Both the position numbers and the translations under genes were made by a program. Under the pieces are notes generated by a model. It saw only the letters and a program-made list of their open reading frames with translations, searched no databases and was not told where the DNA came from. A stretch of 37,664 nucleotides of DNA, taken from a virus. Lineage: Duplodnaviria; Caudoviricetes. Positions 1-8,664 of this stretch are shown in pieces. Where the stretch lies: the IMG/VR virus record IMGVR_UViG_3300026125_000008, positions 1-37,664 of that record. One strand, 5' to 3'. Every line of letters begins with the position of its first letter. Position 1 is the stretch's first letter.

Positions 1-59
1 TTAAAGACTTCCCATTTAGTAGGTTCATTTCTTCCTGGATAATCATCAAAATCAACCAT
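1..59 (-). CDS. Partial hypothetical protein running off the left edge
   Basis: ATG at 59-57 overlaps the TAA of 59..313 (TAATG coupling) with an upstream AAGGA; reads MVDFDDYPGRNEPTKWEVF to the edge without a stop. Confidence 0.55.
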   Translation of the reverse strand, partial: MVDFDDYPGRNEPTKWEVF

Positions 60-313
60 TAAAATTCCTTATTAGTAATTTCTTTTTGAAGTATAATAAC
101 TCTTAAATAAGATAACTCACTTTTTAATACTTCAATCTCTTCACTACTTAACTTTGCAATTCTTACAAGTCTCTCAATTTTTTCTAATTCTTCAAGAATT
201 AAATCTTTTGTTATAGGTTGAGGTAACCTCTCTTCCATATATTGTTTTTCTTTAATATTATTTACTAAATTATTTCTTTCTTCAAAGTCCATTTGTAATT
301 GTTTCATTTTCAT
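59..313 (-). CDS. Hypothetical phage protein
   Basis: 84 aa ORF, GGAGG RBS, translationally coupled to 313..708. Confidence 0.7.
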   Translation of the reverse strand: MKMKQLQMDFEERNNLVNNIKEKQYMEERLPQPITKDLILEELEKIERLVRIAKLSSEEIEVLKSELSYLRVIILQKEITNKEF

Positions 314-708
314 TATTTACCTCCTCTTATTAAATATTTAATTGCATTATGCAGTTTATCAGGGCAATCTGTAAAGAACCCTAAACCTTTATTACATGAA
401 GGACACAATAACCCTCTTGTATGACCCTCTTCATGACAATGATCTATGTGTAATTCTCCACTACTTCCACAAATCTTACAAGAATGATTTTGTTCTTCTT
501 TCATTTCATTTAATTGTTCTAATGTTATATTGTATTTATGATTTAAAGCAATAGATTTATATGCTTCTGGTTTTTCTGTTCTATATCTCTTTTGACTTTC
601 TCTATGACACTTTTTACAAATATTAGTATAACCATCTTCACTACTCTTTAAAGCAACAAACTTATGCAACTTTTTTTCTTTATTACATACCCTACATACT
701 TTACTCAT
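313..708 (-). CDS. Endonuclease VII-family HNH nuclease
   Basis: CxxC pairs plus HIDHCH...RGLLCPSCNKGLG motif; AAGGA RBS. Confidence 0.88.
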   Translation of the reverse strand: MSKVCRVCNKEKKLHKFVALKSSEDGYTNICKKCHRESQKRYRTEKPEAYKSIALNHKYNITLEQLNEMKEEQNHSCKICGSSGELHIDHCHEEGHTRGLLCPSCNKGLGFFTDCPDKLHNAIKYLIRGGK

Positions 709-809
709 TTTAATAAATCCTTTTTTTATTTAAGTTGAGTAATTTTACCATTTTTTAAGAATAAAATATATGTTTTTATTTAATTTTAAGTTTATTTTTT
801 ATAAAATAT

Positions 810-1406
810 TTATATTTCTTCTATTAAGTTATCTCTCAACATTTCAAGTGTTGGAGTAGGTAATTTTTTTAAATCTTTTAACTTAAATATTACACTTTCA
901 AATGACAATATAAAAGCAATCAATTTATTTCTTAATTCTTGTTCTGTTAGTTTTTCCCCTGCTATATTTATAGTTTTAAACCAATCTAATTTCTCTTTAT
1001 CAGTTCCTTCACAAAAATAAATCATTAACTTATAATCTAATATTTGATTTTTTTCATCATTAGTAAGATTATAAAATGCTTTTGGATTACCATCATTATC
1101 AATTAAAGAAAATTCTCCTTCTACATATTGACAAATAGATATAGTTCTTTGTTGTCCATCTAATACTTCATATTCATCTTCTGTATGGTTTTTCTTAACC
1201 CAATACATAACATTTAAAGGAAATCCTTTAATAATTGTTCTAATAACTTCTTCTTTTTGTTTATCTTTATAAACAAATTCTCTTTGATATTTAGGTCTAA
1301 TATCTAATTTACCTTCATAACCTATAATACCTTCTTCTGTAAGAGAATTATCTTCATAATCTTTAACTAAATCTCTTACACTTACTTCTTCTAATTTTAT
1401 TTCCAT
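810..1406 (-). CDS. DUF262 (GmrS/ParB-Srx-like) protein, C-terminally truncated and fused to an unrelated 38 aa tail
   Basis: RPKYQREFVY, LDGQQR and WFKTINIAGEKLTEQELRN motifs; no HNH nuclease domain follows. Confidence 0.8.
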   Translation of the reverse strand: MEIKLEEVSVRDLVKDYEDNSLTEEGIIGYEGKLDIRPKYQREFVYKDKQKEEVIRTIIKGFPLNVMYWVKKNHTEDEYEVLDGQQRTISICQYVEGEFSLIDNDGNPKAFYNLTNDEKNQILDYKLMIYFCEGTDKEKLDWFKTINIAGEKLTEQELRNKLIAFILSFESVIFKLKDLKKLPTPTLEMLRDNLIEEI

Positions 1407-1436
1407 TATAATTTCCTTTTATTTAATATTATAGTT

Positions 1437-2363
1437 TTAATCTTTCTTTGGATTTTTGTTTTTGATAATTATTCTGTTATATATTTTTCTTCCATTAATA
1501 AATGTATAACATTCATATCCTATCCACCTTGCAGAATTAGATAGTCCTAATAACTCAAATTGATTAGGATTAAATTTATCTATAATAGTTATAGGGACAC
1601 CCATAACACCTTCATAATCTAACGGAATTTCTTTTATTTTATCTATATTTATTATTTCATAATTATCATACTTTGGATAATCTTGTTCATTTTCTTTATA
1701 GGTTTTAAATAATAATAATTCTTCATTTCTTTTTTTATGTTCTAAATTAGAATACCAACAAATGTTTCCAAATTTTTTAATAGTTCCATCAGGTTGAACA
1801 AATTCTTTAACTGAATTTATCCCCAACCATAATTGATTGTTTTTAATAAATTGAAAAGTTTCTTTGTAAGTTATTGCATTCATAGAACCAATTATTAAAA
1901 ATTTTTTATCATATTCAATAAGTTGAGCAACATATTCTCTAAATAATGAAAAAGGTGGATTAGTAATAACAATATCTGATTCTTTTAGTATTTCAATACA
2001 TTCTTCACTTCTAAAATCTCCATCACCTATTAAATCAGTTTTAATAATTTGTCCTTGTTTATCAAGTTCTAATTTGTAAGATTTACCACCATCTTTTTCA
2101 TAATGAGTTGTAATAACTTTTTTTAAACCTAAAAAATCAAAAGCATTAGTAAAATATTTAAAAAAATTACTCCATTCAGGGTCATCACAATTACAATAGA
2201 CTATTTTATCTTTAAAATATTTTTTGTAATTCTTAACTTCTTTTTCTATATCTGATAATTGTGTATAAAATTCATCATTTTTAACTGCTCTTGCTTTATG
2301 TAAATTACTATTACTACTTTTATTTTCATTCTTATTTGTTTTAGTTTCTAAATTTTCACTCAT
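1437..2363 (-). CDS. Adenine-specific DNA methyltransferase, EcoRI family
   Basis: KNDEFYT, YCNCDDP, ITNPPFSLFRE and MGVPIT motifs typical of this family; appears full length. Confidence 0.9.
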   Translation of the reverse strand: MSENLETKTNKNENKSSNSNLHKARAVKNDEFYTQLSDIEKEVKNYKKYFKDKIVYCNCDDPEWSNFFKYFTNAFDFLGLKKVITTHYEKDGGKSYKLELDKQGQIIKTDLIGDGDFRSEECIEILKESDIVITNPPFSLFREYVAQLIEYDKKFLIIGSMNAITYKETFQFIKNNQLWLGINSVKEFVQPDGTIKKFGNICWYSNLEHKKRNEELLLFKTYKENEQDYPKYDNYEIINIDKIKEIPLDYEGVMGVPITIIDKFNPNQFELLGLSNSARWIGYECYTFINGRKIYNRIIIKNKNPKKD

Positions 2364-2649
2364 ATTTATTCCTTTTAATTTCAGTTCAGTTATTGATTAA
2401 CTTCTTCTGTTTAACTTGTTCATTTCTATATTCTTAATTTATTCTTACTTATTGCTTTGTTGATATTTTTATTGTAAAAAAAATACAAAATCAACAAATG
2501 TTTTTAACTATCTTTTATTATAATAATTAATAAAAGACTTTTTATCTATAATTCATTTTTTTACCATTTCTGAACCTATTCTATATCATCAAAGGTAGAA
2601 TAGGGTTTTAATATAAATCATAATTGACCCTTTACTTTTTTATATTATA

Positions 2650-2838
2650 CTACAACTCTGGTGGTAGTTTGCAGTATATTTTTATTAGTTCTTCTTTACT
2701 TAATTTATTAAGATACCACTCAGTATAAGACATATCACTATTTAAGATAGAGAGAATGTAACTTCTTCTCTCTTGTTCTTCATTAGAAAGGTGCATCTTC
2801 ATCTTCCTCATATGTAAATACTTCTTTAATTGTATCAC
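2650..2838 (-). CDS. Small hypothetical protein overlapping the SSB 3' end (true start probably a downstream Met)
   Basis: Same strand as the operon, GAGGA-type RBS near internal Met codons; start uncertain. Confidence 0.45.
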   Translation of the reverse strand: MIQLKKYLHMRKMKMHLSNEEQERRSYILSILNSDMSYTEWYLNKLSKEELIKIYCKLPPEL

Positions 2839-3199
2839 TTAATGACCTCCTTACTTCCTTTGCTTCCTTTACAGGTGGTTCTATATCTTTATTACCATTC
2901 TTTCCATTCATTTCAGTAGCCTCAAATGCAGTTAATACAATATTTTTAACTACTTCATTATTTTGTTTAGTATATACTTCAACATCCAAAGAACCATCAA
3001 ACTCATATAGTGTTTTATTCTTTAATTCAACTGTATCACTAATTAAAGTTGCATTCATAAATAAAGTATTCCACTCACCACTTTTATAATCTTTTGTATC
3101 TATTTTAATTGCAAAAGTATTTAATTTTGTTCCTTTGCTTGTAGTTACTATTTTAGGGTTAATAACCTCACCTTTAATTTTTACATAACATCTTGCCAT
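2783..3199 (-). CDS. ssb: Single-stranded DNA-binding protein
   Basis: OB-fold-like N-terminus and acidic C-terminal tip EEDEDAPF; lies next to a helicase. Confidence 0.8.
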   Translation of the reverse strand: MARCYVKIKGEVINPKIVTTSKGTKLNTFAIKIDTKDYKSGEWNTLFMNATLISDTVELKNKTLYEFDGSLDVEVYTKQNNEVVKNIVLTAFEATEMNGKNGNKDIEPPVKEAKEVRRSLSDTIKEVFTYEEDEDAPF

Positions 3200-3209
3200 T
3201 TCTTATCCT

Positions 3210-4328
3210 TTATATAACTTTATTTTTACTTCCATTTAATTTATCATCTACAACTACAAAGCCTTCTGGCATTTGAGTTAAAACACCTTTATCATTTCTT
3301 ACATATATTCTCTCCTCAAACTTTGTAAAGTTTGCCTTTGTAATTTTCACTTTTACATAGTTTTCACAAAATATTTTGTTCTTTTTATTATTTGGGTCTT
3401 CTATTCTACATCTTTCTAACCCTAAAACAAACCTACTATTTCCAACTAATGAAGAAGCACCTCTCATATTTGCCTCACTTGTTGCTACATTAGCATTCAA
3501 TGATTGCTTTGTTTCATGATGAATAATAAGAATACCTGTATTTGTTTCTCTTGCAAAACTCTTTAAATCCTCTAATAACATAGACATTTCTACATTATCA
3601 TTTTCATCATACTGTTGGTTAATAACACTTAAAGTATCAATAATAACTAAATCAATATTATTATCTTTAATTTTTTCTTTCATTTCATCTATAACTGTAT
3701 GTTCTGCAGCAGCAAAATCATTATATACTTTCTTATCTTTTTTATACATTGCACCTTTTGTACTCATATCAAAGAAAAAGAAATTGTTCTCTACTTCATC
3801 AATTGCCTCCTGTTTCTCAAACTTGTCCTTTGGTAAATATGCCTCTATACAATCATATGCTCTCCTCATCCATTGTTTATAACCATCTTCAAAACTAAAA
3901 TAACCTATAATAGGTATTTCTTTTAAACCTTCTAATAAGAAGTTTGCAGCATTAGTTGATAAATTACCTTGTGATACATTTGATGTTAAATTTAATGTAG
4001 AAAATAGTAAATGGTTAATCCAATGACCTTTTCCTGCACCACTTGCACCACTTAAAAAACCAAGTGTTCCTCTCTCAATTCCTTTACATACAAAATCAAT
4101 TTCAGGTTTCTTTGTTAATTTAATAATATCAAAGAATGTATATGTATTATTATTAGTACAGTCTTTAATTATCTCTTCTAATTGTTTTTGCCAATTAAAT
4201 ATAAACTCTGCTTCTGTTTCACCTTTTACTTCATTTGTTAATAATATAGATATTTCTTCCTCTGCTTTCTCTCTATCAAATGTAATAGTTTGTGCCTTAA
4301 TATCTAAATAATCTTTAATTGTTGTCAT
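3210..4328 (-). CDS. RepA/AAA_25-family (RecA-fold) replicative helicase
   Basis: Walker A GASGAGKG, Walker B VIIDT, IIHH and RGASSL motifs; start placed at the ATG at 4328 after GGAG. Confidence 0.85.
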   Translation of the reverse strand: MTTIKDYLDIKAQTITFDREKAEEEISILLTNEVKGETEAEFIFNWQKQLEEIIKDCTNNNTYTFFDIIKLTKKPEIDFVCKGIERGTLGFLSGASGAGKGHWINHLLFSTLNLTSNVSQGNLSTNAANFLLEGLKEIPIIGYFSFEDGYKQWMRRAYDCIEAYLPKDKFEKQEAIDEVENNFFFFDMSTKGAMYKKDKKVYNDFAAAEHTVIDEMKEKIKDNNIDLVIIDTLSVINQQYDENDNVEMSMLLEDLKSFARETNTGILIIHHETKQSLNANVATSEANMRGASSLVGNSRFVLGLERCRIEDPNNKKNKIFCENYVKVKITKANFTKFEERIYVRNDKGVLTQMPEGFVVVDDKLNGSKNKVI

Positions 4329-4617
4329 TGTGTTCTCCAACTAATTTATTATATTTACTACCTAATCTTATTTTTCTCATAACTACATATTGATTATCAT
4401 TATATACTAATGTTATTTTAATATATTTTCCATTTTTAAGTTTATTTAATATTCTACCTAATTTAGAACTACTCCAACCAAGAAAATCACATAACATTGT
4501 ATTACTTTTATAACAAACCTCATCATCTCTTCTAAAATGATGAATAATTGATAATAATAATAATTCATCTCCATTTAATTTTTTAACTAACCCAATAGGT
4601 GTTTTTAGATATTCCAT
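4315..4617 (-). CDS. Winged-HTH protein, probable replication initiator-like
   Basis: CYKSNTMLCDFLGWSSSKLGRILNKLKNGKYI resembles phage initiator HTH domains; AAGGAG RBS; first gene of the replication operon. Confidence 0.7.
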   Translation of the reverse strand: MEYLKTPIGLVKKLNGDELLLLSIIHHFRRDDEVCYKSNTMLCDFLGWSSSKLGRILNKLKNGKYIKITLVYNDNQYVVMRKIRLGSKYNKLVGEHNDNN

Positions 4618-4645
4618 TGTTCTCCTTTTTTATATTTGTAGTGAA

Positions 4646-4677
4646 ATGATAACATATAAAACTTAAAAAAAACTTAA
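4646..4677 (-). promoter_or_regulatory. Sigma70-type promoter of the replication operon
   Basis: Minus strand TTAAGTTTTTTTTAAG, 10 nt, then TATCAT preceded by TGn. Confidence 0.65.
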
Positions 4678-4699
4678 TTATGAATATATCTCTAAAAAT

Positions 4700-5770
4700 A
4701 AACCTATATTCATTTTTGAGGTGCCTTCAAATGTGGGAAGTAAAATATATATCTTCAATATATATATTTAATGAAGGTAAATAAATTATACCTTCAATTT
4801 AAATGAGATTACATATAAATGAGTAGATGTTAAATGAGACATCCTTTAAAAGGTGTTAAAGGTATCTTCATTATACTGTTTATTGTATTTCATTTAAAGG
4901 TAGAGAGAAAAACTTTTATGAGTTTTCTCTCCTTAATTCCTTTTACCTTTTATTTTAAAGGAATATATCTTTTACTATTACCACCTGTAAATAGAGAAAA
5001 ACTTTTAGAGTTTTCTCTATACCTCTTTATTTTGCATTTCTTTAATGGTTTTTGTAGTCTCCTTATAATTTGAGTAGAAGATTACTTTTAATGTAGTTTC
5101 TGTTTAAAATAATGTAGTCTCCTTGATAAAGTGAAAGGTTTTTGAATGGAGATTGTTATAAGGAGATTGAGTAGAGTGTAAGTAGAGTGTAAGAGTTAAA
5201 GAAATTACCTCTACTATAAAGAATGCTATACACAATGGAAATGGTTAAAGTTATTACCTTATTATTTAGTTAAAGAGGTTTCTTTAAAAGTTATTATAGA
5301 TGAGATTTCCTTAAAGTATAGAATGGTATTAGTTGTTTTTGGGGAAATCTCAATACTTGTGAAATCCAGCAAAGGAAGATACAAGTTCTAAAACCCAAGA
5401 AAAATAACAAAAAAAGTTTAGGTCATTTCCTAATTAAGGAAGTGCCCTTTTACATATGAAACCCCCATAAAATGGGACTTCTTTAAATTATTACTTACTA
5501 ATTATTTCCTTTTTTCCACACTTCCATTCCACAAAAGAAACTACCTTTTAAGGAAGTCTCCCTATATTTTTACTTTTTTTTTCATTGATAGGGGGGGGTG
5601 GGGTCCCCTCTTTTATTTTTAAATATTTATCTTACCCCCATAGGAAAATTATAAAATTTTAAAAACCCAAAGCCTTCTTAAACCCTTTTTAAATGAAACT
5701 TCTTTAACCTTTTAACCAAATTACTACAACCATTAAAGAAACCTCTTTAAAATGCAAAATAAAGGTATCT
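4700..5770. repeat. Non-coding region rich in degenerate direct and inverted repeats
   Basis: Two copies of AGAGAAAAACTTTTA(T)GAGTTTTCTCT (4903-4931, 4991-5020); exact 18 bp inverted pair 5270-5287/5733-5750; 15 bp pair 5025-5039/5750-5764; G tract 5591-5603. Confidence 0.75.
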
Positions 5771-5820
5771 ACAATAAAAAGAATATACTTTCAAAAGAAT
5801 AACCACTTAAAAGGAAGTAA

Positions 5821-6669
5821 ATGGAACACATTAAAGGACTTGGAATACCTTACATGGGAAGTAAAAGAAAATTAGCACCAAAAATAGTTGATAAAATATT
5901 GGAAGATAACCCTAAATGTAAATACTTTTATGACCTTTTTGGTGGAGGTGGTGCTATATCTTTTGAAGCCTCACAAAGAATAGATAATGTTTATTACAAT
6001 GAGTTTGATACTGGTATAACTGAATTATTACAAAAGATAAAAAAAGAAGGTATTACAGAAGAATTTTATAAATGGATTGATAGAGAAACTTTTTTTGAAA
6101 TGAAAGAAGGTAAATGTTGGGAAGGTGGTTTTATTAAAACTTGTTGGTCTTTTGGTAATAATGGTAATAGTTATATGTATAGTAAAAATATAGAAGAAGA
6201 AAATATAACTGTAAATGAAGCAAGATTAAAACAACAAAGAATATTTACAACTACATTAAATGATAAAGAGAAGAAAGAATTAAAAGAAAAAATAGGTTGT
6301 ATAGTAGAAGGTGGTAATGTTAGAGTAATATCACAACATTTAGAAAGAATACAACATTTACAAAAATTAAAAGATTATATCAATTTTAATATAAGTAATT
6401 TATCATATGAAAAAGTAGAAATAAATACACCAGTTGAAGAAACAATTATATATTTAGACCCTCCTTACCAAAATACTTATCAATATCAAAATGATATTGA
6501 CCATGAAAAATTGTGGGAGTGGGTGAGAAATTGTCCTTATAAAGTTTATATTTCAAGTTATGAAGCACCTTTTGAAGAAGTATTAAGTATGGAACACAGA
6601 ACAACAGTAGCACAAAAAGCAAATAATAAAGTAGTTGAAAAGTTATTTGTAAATAAACCCTTACAATAA
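5821..6669 (+). CDS. DNA adenine methyltransferase, D12/Dam-like
   Basis: PYMGSK, DLFGGGG (SAM binding) and YLDPPY (catalytic) motifs; AAGGA RBS. Confidence 0.88.
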   Translation: MEHIKGLGIPYMGSKRKLAPKIVDKILEDNPKCKYFYDLFGGGGAISFEASQRIDNVYYNEFDTGITELLQKIKKEGITEEFYKWIDRETFFEMKEGKCWEGGFIKTCWSFGNNGNSYMYSKNIEEENITVNEARLKQQRIFTTTLNDKEKKELKEKIGCIVEGGNVRVISQHLERIQHLQKLKDYINFNISNLSYEKVEINTPVEETIIYLDPPYQNTYQYQNDIDHEKLWEWVRNCPYKVYISSYEAPFEEVLSMEHRTTVAQKANNKVVEKLFVNKPLQ

Positions 6670-6675
6670 TTTTAC

Positions 6676-6681
6676 TATAAT
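6676..6681 (+). promoter_or_regulatory. -10 box upstream of the tRNA cluster
   Basis: TATAAT ending 17 nt before tRNA-Ala. Confidence 0.5.
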
Positions 6682-6698
6682 TTCCTTCTTCAAAAAGT

Positions 6699-6773
6699 GG
6701 GGACATAGTCTAACTGGTAAAACTCTACCCTTGCAAGGTAGTAATAGGAGTTCGAGTCTCCTTGTCTCCACCA
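6699..6773 (+). tRNA. tRNA-Ala(TGC)
   Basis: Acceptor GGGGACA/TGTCTCC with G3:U70, anticodon arm CTACC-CTTGCAA-GGTAG, TTCGAGT T-loop, encoded CCA. Confidence 0.93.
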
Positions 6774-6776
6774 CTT

Positions 6777-6852
6777 GCTGGAATAGCTCAACTGGTAGAG
6801 TACTTGATTTGTAATCAAGCGGTTAAGAGTTCAAGTCTCTTTTCCAGCTCCA
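6777..6852 (+). tRNA. tRNA-Thr(TGT)
   Basis: Acceptor GCTGGAA/TTCCAGC, anticodon arm CTTGA-TTTGTAA-TCAAG, encoded CCA. Confidence 0.93.
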
Positions 6853-6854
6853 AT

Positions 6855-6929
6855 GCTGTGTTAGTTAAATGGTTATAATTCTTGACTGTCACTCAGGAGT
6901 TAGGAGTTCAATTCTCCTACACAGCGCCA
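6855..6929 (+). tRNA. tRNA-Asp(GTC)
   Basis: Acceptor GCTGTGT/ACACAGC, anticodon arm CTTGA-CTGTCAC-TCAGG, G73, CCA. Confidence 0.92.
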
Positions 6930-6937
6930 CTTCAAAA

Positions 6938-7011
6938 TGGGATATCATCTAATGGCAGGATATTACACTTTGACTGTAATTGTATAGGTTCAAGTCCTAT
7001 TATCCCATCCA
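6938..7011 (+). tRNA. tRNA-Gln(TTG)
   Basis: Acceptor TGGGATA/TATCCCA, anticodon arm TTACA-CTTTGAC-TGTAA, CCA. Confidence 0.92.
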
Positions 7012-7014
7012 AAA

Positions 7015-7089
7015 TGTAGTGTAGAACAATGGTAGTTCATCTGACTGTTAATCAGAGGGTTGGGGGTTCGAGTCCCTCCACTACAGCCA
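7015..7089 (+). tRNA. tRNA-Asn(GTT)
   Basis: Acceptor TGTAGTG/CACTACA, anticodon arm TCTGA-CTGTTAA-TCAGA, G73, CCA. Confidence 0.93.
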
Positions 7090-7147
7090 CTTTATATAGT
7101 CTCACATTTTATGATATAATTTTATAAACCACTCAAAGGAAACTTCA

Positions 7148-7462
7148 ATGAATGAAAAAGAATTAGAAAAAGAGATAACTGACAAAGGTTTAAATGCACC
7201 AAGACTAACACCAGAAGATATTGATAGAGTAATTAAAGAAGAGTATTATTACAGACAACCAGATACAACTTTAACAATTTGTATTTTAATTTTACAAAAT
7301 GGGTTTATAGTTACAGGGGAAAGTGCTGCTGCTTCAATAGAAAACTTTGATAGAGAGATTGGTGAAAAGATTGCAAAAGGAAATGCAAGAGAAAAGATTT
7401 GGCAATTAGAAGGTTATTTATTAAAAGATAAATTATTTAGGGGAGTTTTAAATGAAAAGTAA
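7148..7462 (+). CDS. Phage Gp49-family protein
   Basis: APRLTPEDI...LTIC...NGFIVTGESA...NFDREIG...IWQLEGYLLK pattern. Confidence 0.85.
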   Translation: MNEKELEKEITDKGLNAPRLTPEDIDRVIKEEYYYRQPDTTLTICILILQNGFIVTGESAAASIENFDREIGEKIAKGNAREKIWQLEGYLLKDKLFRGVLNEK

Positions 7463-7697
7463 ATATATATTAAGAATAGTATTAAAAGAAGAAACAGTAG
7501 ATAAATATATAAAATCAAATAAAAATAAATTAGGTCAAAAAGTTATAAAAGAATTTAATCAATTTTGTTTAAAAAGAGAATTACCATTAAATACAGAGTT
7601 AAGATATTTAATAGGTGTTTATGATACAGAAGTTGAAAGATTAAAAACTTTAAAGGAGTTAGACCTTGAAGAAGTAGAAATTAGAAAGGGGTTCTAA
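7452..7697 (+). CDS. Hypothetical protein
   Basis: 81 aa ORF, GGAG RBS, overlaps both neighbours. Confidence 0.7.
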   Translation: MKSKYILRIVLKEETVDKYIKSNKNKLGQKVIKEFNQFCLKRELPLNTELRYLIGVYDTEVERLKTLKELDLEEVEIRKGF

Positions 7698-7945
7698 TGG
7701 ATGCAGAAAAAATAATAGATACTTTTATAGAGGAAGTAAGAAATCACTATATAGAAAATAGTGAAGACTTATTTAAAAATGAAATAGTAAAGCAAATGGA
7801 TAGTAGAGAATTATTAACACTATTAAAAAAAGAGAAATATATTGTAGATGATTTTGTAAATGGAGTAGAAATAAGAAGGGGTTCTTTTAGTTCTTCTTAT
7901 GGAAATATAATTAGAAGAAATAATAAAATATTAGTATTAGAGTAA
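7697..7945 (+). CDS. Hypothetical protein
   Basis: 82 aa ORF, TAATG coupling. Confidence 0.7.
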   Translation: MDAEKIIDTFIEEVRNHYIENSEDLFKNEIVKQMDSRELLTLLKKEKYIVDDFVNGVEIRRGSFSSSYGNIIRRNNKILVLE

Positions 7946-7980
7946 TCAAAGTATAAGATATAATTGAGAAAGGAGTTTAT

Positions 7981-8664
7981 ATGCCAAAAAGACCAGAATT
8001 AACAGATGAAAGTTTTTATAAACAGTTTGGAAGTGAAATAAAAAGAGATATTACTTCAAAAGATAAAGATATTATTGAAGATATAGAGGAAGATTTTCCA
8101 GACCCAGAGGACTTTAAAAGGAAGTTAATAAGATTTTCAGATGCAGTATTTCAAGTATCAAATATAAGTACAACAGAATATATAAGGGCAGTATGGTTTT
8201 GTTCTTTATATGCACAAGGGAAATCTCAATTAGAATGTTATAGAAAAGTATTTCCTGAAAGAGTTGCAAAAAAGAAACAAGGTAATTCAACAATAGGGAA
8301 TAGTGCTTCAATGTATTTTAATTCTATGTTAGTGCAAGCAATATGGAAACAAGTAAGTGTAGCAGACCATATGTTATTTATTGATACAAGATTTAAAGCA
8401 TATCAAGTATTAGAAGAAATAATGGATGACCATATGGCAAGTAAGAGAGATAGAATAGATGCAGCAGGTAAGTTAGCCACTTTATTAAAACCACCAAAAG
8501 AGACAGAGGTAAGAGTAAATATAGGTTATCAAAGTAAAGAAATCAAAGCATTAGAAGAGAAATTGGGACAAATTGCAGATTTACAATTAAATCAATTACA
8601 AATAGGTAATATCAATAATAGAGATATAGTAGAAGCAGAAATTTTTGAAAAGGATGATGAATGA
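7981..8664 (+). CDS. Probable terminase small subunit (N4 gp69-like)
   Basis: YIRAV and RIDAAGKLATLLKPP motifs recalled from N4-like small terminases; upstream of TerL; AAGGAG RBS. Confidence 0.65.
   Translation: MPKRPELTDESFYKQFGSEIKRDITSKDKDIIEDIEEDFPDPEDFKRKLIRFSDAVFQVSNISTTEYIRAVWFCSLYAQGKSQLECYRKVFPERVAKKKQGNSTIGNSASMYFNSMLVQAIWKQVSVADHMLFIDTRFKAYQVLEEIMDDHMASKRDRIDAAGKLATLLKPPKETEVRVNIGYQSKEIKALEEKLGQIADLQLNQLQIGNINNRDIVEAEIFEKDDE

Noticed and set aside
4834-5073. 79 aa plus-strand ORF
   Set aside because: No clear RBS, Phe/Leu-rich composition typical of AT-rich non-coding DNA, and it runs through the repeat/hairpin array.
5170-5191. AGTAGAGTGTA tandem duplication
   Set aside because: Only two copies; consistent with simple slippage and not informative alone.
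4700-5770. Possible CRISPR or mini-CRISPR array
   Set aside because: The repeats are degenerate, irregularly spaced and in both orientations; no cas genes are present.
6699-7089. Suppressor tRNA or alternative genetic code
   Set aside because: All anticodons are standard, and genes are intact and densely packed under code 11.
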